Source: Minisyncoccota bacterium
GTDB lineage: Bacteria; Patescibacteriota; Minisyncoccia; Phycocordibacterales; XYD1-FULL-46-19
DNA: 64,000 nt
Assembly: GCA_041649495.1 (NCBI GenBank)
Contig: JBAZMZ010000001.1
Span: forward strand, 623-64,622
Direction of reading: 5' to 3'
Part shown: piece after piece, positions 39,508 to 48,159 of the stretch
Numbering within the stretch: position 1 is the first letter of the stretch
Layout of the letters: each line of letters starts with the position of its first letter
The notes under the pieces: generated by a model
What the model saw: the letters and a program-made list of their open reading frames with translations, nothing else
Databases searched by the model: none
Told to the model about the DNA's origin: nothing
Position numbers and translations under genes: made by a program

Positions 39508-40556
39508 CTTTTTTTTTCAATTTCCGTGCGGGTGAGGAGGCCGGCGTGGGGGCCGATTTGGGTGACGACCGAGGCAGAATTAATCGCGCCCCAAGCGAGA
39601 GCTTGATCGGCGGGCAAATTATTGGCGGTGGCGACGAGAAAGGCGGCGGCGAAGGCGTCACCGGCACCAGTGCGTTCAAGGGCGGGACCAAAATTGGTGA
39701 AGGCGGGGATTTGGTAAAAATTATTTTGGTCGTCGAGAACACTGGCGCCATTCTCGCCATCGGTGATGACGACGATTTTGGGACCCAGATTTTTAATTGA
39801 CTCAGCTAATGTGCGAAAAACGACTTTGGGCGAATTTGGTAATCGAGGAGAGACCTCGGGCTCATCAGAGGACTCACCTCGATTACTGATTTTGGTTGCT
39901 TCTTGTTTGTTGCAAAAAAGAATTTCGGTGCGGGCATAAATTGCTTTCAATTTTTCAACGCCAGCTTTTAATTGCCAAGTGCCGGGGCTGAAGGCGAGCT
40001 TGGTTTCGGGTTGAGCCGTGAGCCAATCGGCAATTTGTTGATGAACTGAACCATCGCTGTCGCTCATTGATGACAAATAGAGCCAATTAGCTTCTGGATT
40101 ATCGGGCTCGCTCTGAGCGGACTGGTGGTGAGTATCGTCGAACCGGTCGAAGGGGAAATAATTCGGATAATTTTCGTGCTTAACTAAAATCGTGCGGTCA
40201 TCGGCATACCATAAAACATAATTATAATTAGTTGGGACATCGGCATTTTTCTTGACCCAAGTCGTGTTGATTCCTGCTTCATTTAACTTGGCTAAAGTTT
40301 TTTGGCCGTGGTCGTCGTCGCCGACATTCGAGATATAAGCTACCGCTAGACCGAGTCTGGCGGAACCGAGAGCGACATTTGAACTATTGCCCCCGGCTGG
40401 GACCTCAGTGACCGAGTCGTAAGGAATCTTCGACGCAAACTTCATACAAATCTTGCATTCTGGTTTGTCGATTTGGCAATTTAATTCGGCCTCACTTAAC
40501 CTAATAAAGGCGTCGGTGGCGTTATCCCCCACGGAGATTAAATCAAATTTTTTCAT
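39504..40556 (-). CDS. PfkB-family carbohydrate kinase with two insertions
   Basis: GGNSSNVA..ARLG, VGDD, TGAGDAF. Confidence 0.92.
   Translation of the reverse strand: MKKFDLISVGDNATDAFIRLSEAELNCQIDKPECKICMKFASKIPYDSVTEVPAGGNSSNVALGSARLGLAVAYISNVGDDDHGQKTLAKLNEAGINTTWVKKNADVPTNYNYVLWYADDRTILVKHENYPNYFPFDRFDDTHHQSAQSEPDNPEANWLYLSSMSDSDGSVHQQIADWLTAQPETKLAFSPGTWQLKAGVEKLKAIYARTEILFCNKQEATKISNRGESSDEPEVSPRLPNSPKVVFRTLAESIKNLGPKIVVITDGENGASVLDDQNNFYQIPAFTNFGPALERTGAGDAFAAAFLVATANNLPADQALAWGAINSASVVTQIGPHAGLLTRTEIEKKS
39839..39886. repeat. 48-bp palindromic doublet (GAGG-N5-CCTC x2), in frame in pfkB
   Basis: GTAATCGAGGAGAGACCTC-10nt-GAGGACTCACCTCGATTAC. Confidence 0.8.
40107..40154 (-). repeat. 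Nested family B elements (24 nt inside 24 nt), PFD[RFDDTHHQ]SAQSE
   Basis: CCCTTCGAC[CGGTTCGACGATACTCACCACCAG]TCCGCTCAGAGCGAG. Confidence 0.85.
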
Positions 40557-40572
40557 ATGCTATTATTATAGC
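40557..40572. promoter_or_regulatory. Candidate bidirectional extended -10 promoter for pfkB/fba
   Basis: TGCTATTAT on top and TGCTATAAT on bottom, 6 and 8 nt before the divergent ATGs. Confidence 0.65.
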
Positions 40573-41460
40573 ATGCAAACTTTAAGACAAATAATTAAAG
40601 AGGCGGAGGCGAAGAAGACGGCCATTGGCCACTTCAATATCTCTAACCTCGAAGGCTTGTGGGCTATTTTTCGTGCGGCGCAAGGTTTATCCGCCTCTGG
40701 CGGAACGCCAATGCCAGTGATTATTGGTGTCTCCGAGGGTGAACGAGATTTTGTCGGCGTGCCTCAAGCGGTGGCCCTGGTGGCGAGCTTGAAGCAGGAA
40801 TTTGATTACCCAATTTTTTTGTCGGCGGACCATACTTCGTCATTTGAGCGGGCCAAGGAGGCGATTGATGCCGGTTTTGATTTAATTGTTTTTGATCGCA
40901 GTGAATTGTCTCTTGATGAAAATATTGCGGAAACAAAAAAATGTGTCATTTATGCGCGAGGTGTTAATCCGGAGATTTTAATTGAGGGTGAGTTGGGCTA
41001 TATTGGCAAATCGTCAAAGATGCTCGACGAAATTCCTGAAGGGGCAGCGATTGGTGATGAGGCCATTACTAAGGCCGAGGAGGCCAAGCGCTTGGTTGAA
41101 GAGACGGGTCTCGATCTTTTCTCGCCGGCTGTTGGCAATTTGCACGGGATGTTAAAGCACGCGCCCAACCCTCGATTAAATATTGCGCGCATTAAAGAAA
41201 TTCATGAAGCGACCGGCGTCCCGCTTGTCTTGCACGGCGGGTCTGGTCTCACTGATGAAGATTTTGTCTCGGCGATTGAGGCGGGGGTGGCGATTGTCCA
41301 CATTAATACCGAATTGCGTTTGGCTTATCGCGACGCTTTGCGCGAAGCTCTCCAAGATTATCCTGAAGAAATTGCGCCTTATAAAATTCTCAAGGATGCG
41401 GTGGCCGGGATGAAAGATGTCACCACCCGTCGCTTGCGTTTATTTTCGCGAATTGGTTAA
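40573..41460 (+). CDS. fba: Class II fructose-bisphosphate aldolase
   Basis: ADH, IEGELG, AVGNLHG, LVLHGGSG, INT; start moved to MQTLRQ. Confidence 0.9.
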   Translation: MQTLRQIIKEAEAKKTAIGHFNISNLEGLWAIFRAAQGLSASGGTPMPVIIGVSEGERDFVGVPQAVALVASLKQEFDYPIFLSADHTSSFERAKEAIDAGFDLIVFDRSELSLDENIAETKKCVIYARGVNPEILIEGELGYIGKSSKMLDEIPEGAAIGDEAITKAEEAKRLVEETGLDLFSPAVGNLHGMLKHAPNPRLNIARIKEIHEATGVPLVLHGGSGLTDEDFVSAIEAGVAIVHINTELRLAYRDALREALQDYPEEIAPYKILKDAVAGMKDVTTRRLRLFSRIG

Positions 41461-41508
41461 ATAAGAGAGGAGTGGTGTGTGTTTGCTATAAAAACGGAGG
41501 GTTTTTTC

Positions 41509-41793
41509 ATGAAAGAACGCCCGGTTCTTTGTCTTTTTTTCGATTCATCGGTTGGCGGGGATCGGAGGGTTCTCGCGGGGAGCTTTGCGGTTGAGCTTTG
41601 CGAGAAAGGGGGGGTTTTCGTTGTCTCCTCGGAAGAAGATGCCGATGTCTCCTTTTTCCTCAAAGAAGGTGGGGGGATGATCCTTGTTCGTCTCCGCAAT
41701 GGCGATGAGACCGAGATATTTTCCCCTGTGTCCCCCTCGGTCATTGGTTTGGGCAAAAAGGATGGGTTTTGGGACTTGCTCCTGGCCCCATAA
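41509..41793 (+). CDS. Hypothetical protein (islet with SD and terminator)
   Basis: GGAGG before the ATG; GC hairpin at 41811-41840 followed by Ts. Confidence 0.5.
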   Translation: MKERPVLCLFFDSSVGGDRRVLAGSFAVELCEKGGVFVVSSEEDADVSFFLKEGGGMILVRLRNGDETEIFSPVSPSVIGLGKKDGFWDLLLAP

Positions 41794-41878
41794 AAAGAAT
41801 TGAACAGCAACCCGGGTGGCGCGCTTGCGCGTCGCCCGGGCTTTACTTTTTTAGGTTTTTCGTTATACTGGACCAGTT

Positions 41879-42538
41879 ATGTTTAAATTGACCGCGGAAA
41901 AACGCGATATTTTAGGTAAGAAGGTTAGTAACTTGCGCGAGGCAGGCGAACTCCCGGCGGTAGTTTATGGTGGCCAGAAGGAGACTTTAGCCATTACTCT
42001 CAATCAAGCCGAATTTCAAAAGGTCTTAACTCAAGCGGGCGAATCGACCATTGTTTCTTTGGCGGTTGATGGTCAAGCCCAAGATATCTTAATTCATGAT
42101 GTTCAGACTGACCCGCTCTCGGGCTTTCCTGTCCACGCTGATTTTTATATTGTTAGTCAAGACAAAGAGCTTGAGGTGGCGGTTCCGCTTATCTTCGAAG
42201 GGGTGGCGCCAGCGGTTAAGGATTTGGGCGGGAGCTTGGTCAAAGTTTTGCACGAATTAGAAATTCGCGCTTTGCCGAAGAATTTGCCTCACGATATTAC
42301 GGTTGATATTTCTTCCCTCGTGGCCTTGGATAGCCAGATTTTGATTAAAGATTTGAAATTGCCAGTTGGTGTCGAATCGGTGCTTGATGTTGAAGAAGTG
42401 GTGGCCGCCATTACCGAGGCGGGCGAAGAAGTGATTGAAGAAGTGGCGCCGGTTGATCTCTCGGCGATTGAAGTCGAGAAGAAGGGTAAACAAGAAGAGG
42501 CGACTGAAGAAGGCGACGCTCCAACGGACGAGAAATAA
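41879..42538 (+). CDS. rplY: 50S ribosomal protein L25/Ctc
   Basis: PAVVYG, HADFY, LPHDITVDIS. Confidence 0.93.
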   Translation: MFKLTAEKRDILGKKVSNLREAGELPAVVYGGQKETLAITLNQAEFQKVLTQAGESTIVSLAVDGQAQDILIHDVQTDPLSGFPVHADFYIVSQDKELEVAVPLIFEGVAPAVKDLGGSLVKVLHELEIRALPKNLPHDITVDISSLVALDSQILIKDLKLPVGVESVLDVEEVVAAITEAGEEVIEEVAPVDLSAIEVEKKGKQEEATEEGDAPTDEK

Positions 42539-42565
42539 TTTTTTATCTCTGCTATAATATTCCTG

Positions 42566-43882
42566 ATGAAGAATCGGTTGATTTTTTTGTGGTTCGGGTG
42601 GCTGGTGATTTCGGCGGTGATTTTTTTGCCGTTGGCAACTCGGGCCGAAACCACTCAAGAAAAAGAGGCGCGTTTGAACGCGGAGCTTAAGGTGGTGGAG
42701 GCGGAGATTGCGGGCCAAAAAAGCTTGCTTCAATCTAAACAAAAAGAGACGGCGAGTATTCAGCGTGACATCGACATTTTGACCTACAAAATCAATACGG
42801 CCCAACTTAATATCAAAGCCAAACAAATCGAAATTGCGCGCTTGGGTGGCGATATTGTCCAGAAAGAAAAAACCATTGGCACTTTAGAGGAACAGCTTGA
42901 TCAAGAAAAAACCTCTCTGGCTGAATTGTTGCGTCAAACGCGGGAGCTTGACGATAGTACTTTTGCTGAAATTGTTTTAAGCCCACAGACTTTATCGAAT
43001 TTATTTGTCGATCTCCAACGTTTTCATTCGGTCGAAGATCATGTTCAAGACTCGTTGGCGACCGTGCGGGGGGTTAAGAAAAATACCGAAACGCAAAAAA
43101 CGGTCCTCGAAAGTCGACGTGACGCTGAGACCAATGCCAAGAAAGCGATTGAAAATGAGAAAGCAAATATCGAGCAATTAAATAAAGAGAAAACTACTCT
43201 CCTAAACGCGAGTAAAGCGAAGGAGAATTCTTACAAAGCGGTAATTGCGAAGAAAGAAAAAGAACGGGCGGAGATTCGGAGTGCTCTTTACCGTTTGCGG
43301 GGAGCGACGAATATTACTTTTGGCCAAGCCCTCGAACATGCCAATTTTGTTTCCGCTAAAACTGGTGTTCGTCCGGCTTTTCTCTTGGCCATTATTACCC
43401 AAGAGTCTAATTTGGGCGAAAATATCGGAACTTGTAATCGGCCGGGCGACCCAGCCTCAAAGAGTTATAAATCAGTGATGAAGCCGAGTCGGGACATTGA
43501 GCCCTTTGAAAAAATTTGTAAAGAATTGGGGATTGATCCGGTTGGTCAACCTGTCTCTTGCCCTTACGGTGGGGGTTATGGTGGAGCCATGGGGCCGGCC
43601 CAATTTATCCCGTCAACTTGGATGGGGATGAAGAGCGCGGTTTCCAAAGTGACCGGCAATAATCCACCTAACCCGTGGGACGCGAGAGACGCCTTCACGG
43701 CCTCGGGTCTCTATTTGCGCGATTTGGGCGCAGACGGTGGCACTTATACCACGGAACGCAAAGCGGCGCTCAAGTATTATGCTGGGGGCAATTGGTCTTT
43801 GGCTAAAAACGCTTTTTACGGCAACGAAGTAATGGCGATTGCCACCAAATATCAGAAGCAAATCGACATCTTGCAGAATTAA
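42566..43882 (+). CDS. Secreted coiled-coil protein with lytic murein transglycosylase domain
   Basis: Signal peptide, long coiled coil, AIITQES, GAMGPAQFIPSTW. Confidence 0.85.
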   Translation: MKNRLIFLWFGWLVISAVIFLPLATRAETTQEKEARLNAELKVVEAEIAGQKSLLQSKQKETASIQRDIDILTYKINTAQLNIKAKQIEIARLGGDIVQKEKTIGTLEEQLDQEKTSLAELLRQTRELDDSTFAEIVLSPQTLSNLFVDLQRFHSVEDHVQDSLATVRGVKKNTETQKTVLESRRDAETNAKKAIENEKANIEQLNKEKTTLLNASKAKENSYKAVIAKKEKERAEIRSALYRLRGATNITFGQALEHANFVSAKTGVRPAFLLAIITQESNLGENIGTCNRPGDPASKSYKSVMKPSRDIEPFEKICKELGIDPVGQPVSCPYGGGYGGAMGPAQFIPSTWMGMKSAVSKVTGNNPPNPWDARDAFTASGLYLRDLGADGGTYTTERKAALKYYAGGNWSLAKNAFYGNEVMAIATKYQKQIDILQN

Positions 43883-43906
43883 TAAAATTAGTGTATAGTC
43901 TGTCGT

Positions 43907-44167
43907 ATGAAAAAGGATATCCACCCTAAATATTACGAAGCTGAAGTCACTTGCGCCTGTGGCAATACCTTTACAGTGGGCGCGTCAGTTGAGAAAATCA
44001 ATGTTGAAATTTGTAGCGCTTGCCACCCATTTTTTACTGGTAATGAGAAGGTGGTAGATACCGCCGGCATGGTTGAGAAATTCCGCGGTCGCGCCGCCAA
44101 AGCGACGGCTCCCAAGAAGAAAGTGGCCAAGAAAACTGCCTCGACCAAAACTAAAGAGGATAAATAG
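43907..44167 (+). CDS. rpmE: 50S ribosomal protein L31 (Zn-binding type)
   Basis: [23 protein letters not shown]. Confidence 0.97.
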   Translation: MKKDIHPKYYEAEVTCACGNTFTVGASVEKINVEICSACHPFFTGNEKVVDTAGMVEKFRGRAAKATAPKKKVAKKTASTKTKEDK

Positions 44168-44170
44168 ATA

Positions 44171-45124
44171 ATGGAGATTGCTGATTTCAGAGCCAACCCG
44201 AAGACGGCCTATTGGGCGGGAGTTTTTGACGATTTAGCCGGTAAAATTACTGAAGCGAAAGATTTGTTGGCCAAAGATGCTTCGGTTAAAGATCTGGCTG
44301 AAGAAGAAATTAAAGAGCTGGAGAAACAGCAAGCCGAGATTTTGGTTAAGATGGAAGAAATTTTGGCACCCAAAGCGGGAGAGAGTGAGCCCGACAGCCC
44401 TCGAATTGTGATGATCGAATTAAGAGCTGGGGCGGGTGGGGAAGAAGCGGCGTTGTTTGCCTACGAGTTAGCTCAAACTTATGCTAAATATGCCACCCTC
44501 CAAGGTTGGGTCTTTTCGCTGGTTGACGAATCATTGTCGCCAATGGGGGGTTACAAAGAAGCGACTTTCGAAATTGTCGGTAATGGCGCTTACGATTCTT
44601 TCAAATACGAAATGGGGGTCCACCGCGTGCAACGGGTGCCGGCCACCGAGAAATCGGGGCGAGTTCATACCTCAACTATTTCGGTGGCGGTTTTGCCGGT
44701 CAGGGAATATAGCGAAATCAAAATCAATCCGGGAGATTTAGAGATTGAATTTACGCGCTCGGGTGGGGCTGGCGGACAAAATGTTAATAAAGTCGAAACC
44801 GCCGTGCGAATGGTTCACAAGTCAACGGGCTTGGCGGTGCGTTGTCAGAGCGAACGAACCCAATTAAGGAATAAGGAAAAGGCGCTCGAAATGCTGGCGG
44901 CTAAAATTGAGGATCAAGAACGGCAAGCTGAAGAGGCTAAGTACTCGGCCGAGCGCAAGAGCCAGATTGGCACCGCTGATCGCTCTGAAAAAATCCGCAC
45001 CTACAATTTTCTTCAAGACCGGATTACCGACCATCGCATTAAGAAATCTTGGCACGGCATTGAACGCATTCTCGCCGGCAACCTTGACCCCATTTTCACT
45101 GACCTGAAAGAAGGCCTAAAATAA
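44171..45124 (+). CDS. prfA: Peptide chain release factor 1 (short N-terminus)
   Basis: VQRVPAT (PxT), GGQNVNK, RSEKIRTYNF. Confidence 0.93.
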   Translation: MEIADFRANPKTAYWAGVFDDLAGKITEAKDLLAKDASVKDLAEEEIKELEKQQAEILVKMEEILAPKAGESEPDSPRIVMIELRAGAGGEEAALFAYELAQTYAKYATLQGWVFSLVDESLSPMGGYKEATFEIVGNGAYDSFKYEMGVHRVQRVPATEKSGRVHTSTISVAVLPVREYSEIKINPGDLEIEFTRSGGAGGQNVNKVETAVRMVHKSTGLAVRCQSERTQLRNKEKALEMLAAKIEDQERQAEEAKYSAERKSQIGTADRSEKIRTYNFLQDRITDHRIKKSWHGIERILAGNLDPIFTDLKEGLK

Positions 45125-45126
45125 GG

Positions 45127-45153
45127 CCTAATGGAGGTCTCGCCTCCATTAGG
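45127..45153. repeat. Intergenic hairpin monomer (GAGG-TCTCG-CCTC core)
   Basis: CCTAATGGAGG-TCTCG-CCTCCATTAGG. Confidence 0.75.
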
Positions 45154-45168
45154 GTAGTTGTCATGAAC

Positions 45169-45197
45169 TTGACAAATGATTTGCGTGGGTGTATAAT
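45169..45197 (+). promoter_or_regulatory. Consensus sigma70 promoter
   Basis: TTGACA-17nt-TATAAT. Confidence 0.75.
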
Positions 45198-45240
45198 ATC
45201 GTCAGATTTCTTTGGAGCTACAACTACAAGGAGGTTTACG

Positions 45241-45408
45241 GTGGAGATGGAAATGGGAAAACAACCAGAGGAAGACCATTTCGGTCACGAAATGGTTGAC
45301 ATTGTCGCCATGGGGGTCGGGGCGATGATCTCACTTTTGGTCAGCGAAGTGTTGTTGGCGGTGGCGGTGGCGGTTTTTTGTTCGGTGTTTAGGGGGCTGG
45401 TCTCGTGA
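45241..45408 (+). CDS. Small hydrophobic membrane protein
   Basis: AAGGAGG before the GTG; hydrophobic C-half; terminator-like hairpin near 45430-45460. Confidence 0.5.
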   Translation: MEMEMGKQPEEDHFGHEMVDIVAMGVGAMISLLVSEVLLAVAVAVFCSVFRGLVS

Positions 45409-45514
45409 CCAGTCCCTCGATACGGGCTTGTCCGGCGGTCGATTTAGACCGCCGGACATCTTTGTTTATGGCCCACCTTGCCTTTATTAGGGTTTTTTGT
45501 TAAACTCTCCCTGT

Positions 45515-46285
45515 ATGAATGAAGCAGTAAAAGATCAGGCCAAAGAAGATTTGGTGAAAAAGATGTTTGATTTGGGGGCGCATTTTGGTTATGGCAAAAA
45601 TAGCCGACACCCGTCAAGCAAGTCTTTTTTGTTTGGGTTGAAGAATAAGACGGTCGTTATTGACTTAGAGAAGACGGCCGAGAGTTTAAGTGTGGCCAAG
45701 GCCTTCGCTCGGGAATTGGGTCAGAGTAAGAAGGCGATTATTTTTGTCGGCACTAAAACTGAAGCCCAAAAAGCTGTGACCGAAGTTGCCGGCTTGGCCA
45801 ATTTGCCTTATGTCATCGAGCGTTGGATTGGTGGGACAATGACTAATTTTCGACAAATTCGTTCACGCATCGATCGTTTATTGAAACTTAAGGATGAAGA
45901 GGCGACGGGCGAGTTAAAAAAATATACCAAAAAAGAACGAGGGGTGATTGCCAAAGAAGTGGCGAATCTCGAGCGTTATTTTGGTAGTTTGACTGATCTA
46001 ACCAAATTACCCGGCGCGATTTTTGTGGTTGATCCTAAGAAGGAGGATATTGCCGTGGCCGAAGCGAAGAAATTAAATATTCCGGTTATCGCCTTGGCTA
46101 ATTCTGACTGCAATATTGAGGGGATTGCTTATCCGATTATGGCTAACGATGCGCAACGTAAAGTCATTGATTTTGTTGCTCGCGAAATCGCAATGGCTTA
46201 TAATGAAGGAGTGAAGGAAGACGAAAAAGAAATCATAAAAGAAAAAGAGGTAGAAAAAAAAGATGATCACAACGGAACAAATTAA
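45515..46285 (+). CDS. rpsB: 30S ribosomal protein S2
   Basis: GAHFG, FVGTK, RWIGGTMTN, AVAEA, IMAND. Confidence 0.96.
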   Translation: MNEAVKDQAKEDLVKKMFDLGAHFGYGKNSRHPSSKSFLFGLKNKTVVIDLEKTAESLSVAKAFARELGQSKKAIIFVGTKTEAQKAVTEVAGLANLPYVIERWIGGTMTNFRQIRSRIDRLLKLKDEEATGELKKYTKKERGVIAKEVANLERYFGSLTDLTKLPGAIFVVDPKKEDIAVAEAKKLNIPVIALANSDCNIEGIAYPIMANDAQRKVIDFVAREIAMAYNEGVKEDEKEIIKEKEVEKKDDHNGTN

Positions 46286-46718
46286 AGAACTTCGCGATCG
46301 AACTGGGATCTCAATTGCGCAATGTAAAAAAGCGCTCGAAGATGCTGGGGGCGATATCAACAAGGCTTTAGACTTTCTAAAAGAGAAGGGGGCCGAAGTC
46401 GCGGAGAAAAAGGCGACGCGCGAACTTCACGCCGGTTTGGTTAGTGCCTATATTCACTCTGACCACAAGCTGGGAGCTTTAGTGGAGGTTCATGTGGAGA
46501 CCGATTTCGTGGCCAAGAACGAAGGCTTCCAAGCGCTGGCGGATGACCTCGCGATGCATATCGTGGCGATGAACCCAGCTGATGTGGCCGAACTTCTCAC
46601 CCAACCCTTTATCAAGGATCCGACCTTGACAATTGACGATTTGGTTAAGAATCACATCCAGAAATTTGGCGAACGAATTGAGATTGCTCATTTTGCTCGG
46701 CTCGATTCCAAAAACTAA
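46263..46718 (+). CDS. tsf: Elongation factor Ts (short form)
   Basis: IKELRDRTG, CKKAL, ETDFVAKN. Confidence 0.95.
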   Translation: MITTEQIKELRDRTGISIAQCKKALEDAGGDINKALDFLKEKGAEVAEKKATRELHAGLVSAYIHSDHKLGALVEVHVETDFVAKNEGFQALADDLAMHIVAMNPADVAELLTQPFIKDPTLTIDDLVKNHIQKFGERIEIAHFARLDSKN

Positions 46719-46726
46719 AACCCTAT

Positions 46727-47158
46727 ATGGTTTATTATATTTTAGCGGTCGTGGCGCTGGTTTCGCTGGCCATTCTCTCCTTCCTTTTTCGGCGCCAAAT
46801 CATGATCAATCGAGCCAAAAATCTCGATTATAATGAGTTGAATCATTACGGGGTGGCGAATGTGATGATTGATTACTTGGCTTTTAAGATTGTGCGTTTT
46901 TGCCAGTCAGGGTTAAGGAAACTTTATCTTTTCTTTCTTCATTTTGTGAAAAATTCGATGGCGACGGCGCGTTACGCTATTGTTAAAACCGAAAGACGCT
47001 TTAACCAAATTGTTGATTCGGCGCCTAGCCCCGAAGAAATTCATAAAACCGACAAAGTCTCTTTTTTCTTGAAAGAGATTAAAGATCACAAAGATGCCAC
47101 TATGGCTGAAATCCAAATCATGGCCGATGAGGCGAAAAAGGTCGAAAGTGAAAACTGA
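46727..47158 (+). CDS. Hypothetical single-pass membrane protein
   Basis: N-terminal TM; co-oriented directly after tsf. Confidence 0.6.
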   Translation: MVYYILAVVALVSLAILSFLFRRQIMINRAKNLDYNELNHYGVANVMIDYLAFKIVRFCQSGLRKLYLFFLHFVKNSMATARYAIVKTERRFNQIVDSAPSPEEIHKTDKVSFFLKEIKDHKDATMAEIQIMADEAKKVESEN

Positions 47159-47230
47159 GCCAGCACGAGGATTCGAACCCCGGACCTTCGCTTTACAAAA
47201 GCGTTGCTCTACCAACTGAGCTATGCTGGC
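47158..47230 (-). tRNA. tRNA-Thr (anticodon TGT), CCA not encoded
   Basis: GCCAGCA/TGCTGGC acceptor, TAGCTCAGTTGGTAGAGC D-arm, loop TTTGTAA, GGTTCGAATCC T-arm. Confidence 0.95.
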
Positions 47231-47302
47231 GTTTCTATATTAAAGCGTATTTTTAACAATCAGGCAATTTGTTTTTACTGATTTTTTCGTTATAATCTAG
47301 GA

Positions 47303-48130
47303 ATGACCGAACGAGAGCAAAAGGGGCATCTTCATCCTTTAACGCAGATTATTAACGAGGTGGTGGACGCTTTTCGCGACTTGGATTTTGTGGTGGCCGA
47401 GGGGCCAGAAATTGAGGACGAATATCATAATTTTGACGCACTGAATGTTCCGGCGGATCATCCGGCGCGGGATATGTGGGATACTTTTTGGCTCCGACCG
47501 CAGGGAGGAGCCCCGAGCGACTCGTCCCGAGCTGGGTCGAGGGAAGTCGAGGGGTTAAAAAAATTATTAAGAACTCACACTTCACCCGTTCAAATTAGAT
47601 ATTTAGAAAATAATAAACCGCCACTACGAATTATCGTGCCAGGCAAAGTTTTTCGTTATGAGGCGACAGACGCGCGACACGAGGCGCAATTTTTTCAAAT
47701 TGAAGGTTTACTGGTGGACAAAAAAGTGAGCGTGGCCGACATGAAAGGCAGTTTAGAACATTTTTTGCAAAAGATTTTTGGTCAGAAGGTGCAGATTCGC
47801 CTTCGCCCCTCCTTCTTTCCTTTTGTCGAGCCGGGTTTTGAGGTGGATATGATTTGTCCCGCTTGTTTACCCGCCATAGCTTCAGCGAAGGAGGGTCACA
47901 AGGAAGATGAAGAGAAAAAATGCTCAGTTTGTAGTGGCACTGGTTGGCTCGAGATTATGGGTGCGGGTTTGGTTCATCCTCATGTCTTCAAATCCGTTGG
48001 CCTTAATCCTGACGAGTGGCAAGGCTTTGCCTTTGGGCTCGGCCCTGAGCGTTTGGCCATGGTTAAATGGGGGATTGAAGATATCCGGAATTTTTATAAT
48101 GGCGATTTAAGATTCATTAATCAGTTTTAG
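47303..48130 (+). CDS. pheS: Phenylalanine--tRNA ligase alpha subunit (no N-terminal coiled coil) with two insertions
   Basis: HPARDMWDTF, LLRTHTSPVQ, FPFVEP, GFAFGLG.ERL. Confidence 0.96.
   Translation: MTEREQKGHLHPLTQIINEVVDAFRDLDFVVAEGPEIEDEYHNFDALNVPADHPARDMWDTFWLRPQGGAPSDSSRAGSREVEGLKKLLRTHTSPVQIRYLENNKPPLRIIVPGKVFRYEATDARHEAQFFQIEGLLVDKKVSVADMKGSLEHFLQKIFGQKVQIRLRPSFFPFVEPGFEVDMICPACLPAIASAKEGHKEDEEKKCSVCSGTGWLEIMGAGLVHPHVFKSVGLNPDEWQGFAFGLGPERLAMVKWGIEDIRNFYNGDLRFINQF
47510..47554 (-). repeat. Nested family B elements in pheS
   Basis: GCCCCGAGCGA[CTCGTCCCGAGCTGGGTCGAGGGA]AGTCGAGGGG. Confidence 0.8.
47869..47896 (+). repeat. Family C element in pheS, PAIASAKEG
   Basis: CCCGCCATAGCTTCAGCGAAGGAGGG; shares TAGCTTCAGCGAAGG with the reverse complement of 56841-56871. 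Confidence 0.75.
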
Positions 48131-48159
48131 CTTAAAAGCTTACTTGCTTACAAACTTAC

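Noticed and set aside
44171-48130. Short prfA, tsf and pheS as pseudogenes
   Set aside because: Catalytic motifs are intact and the frames are open; consistent with streamlined forms.
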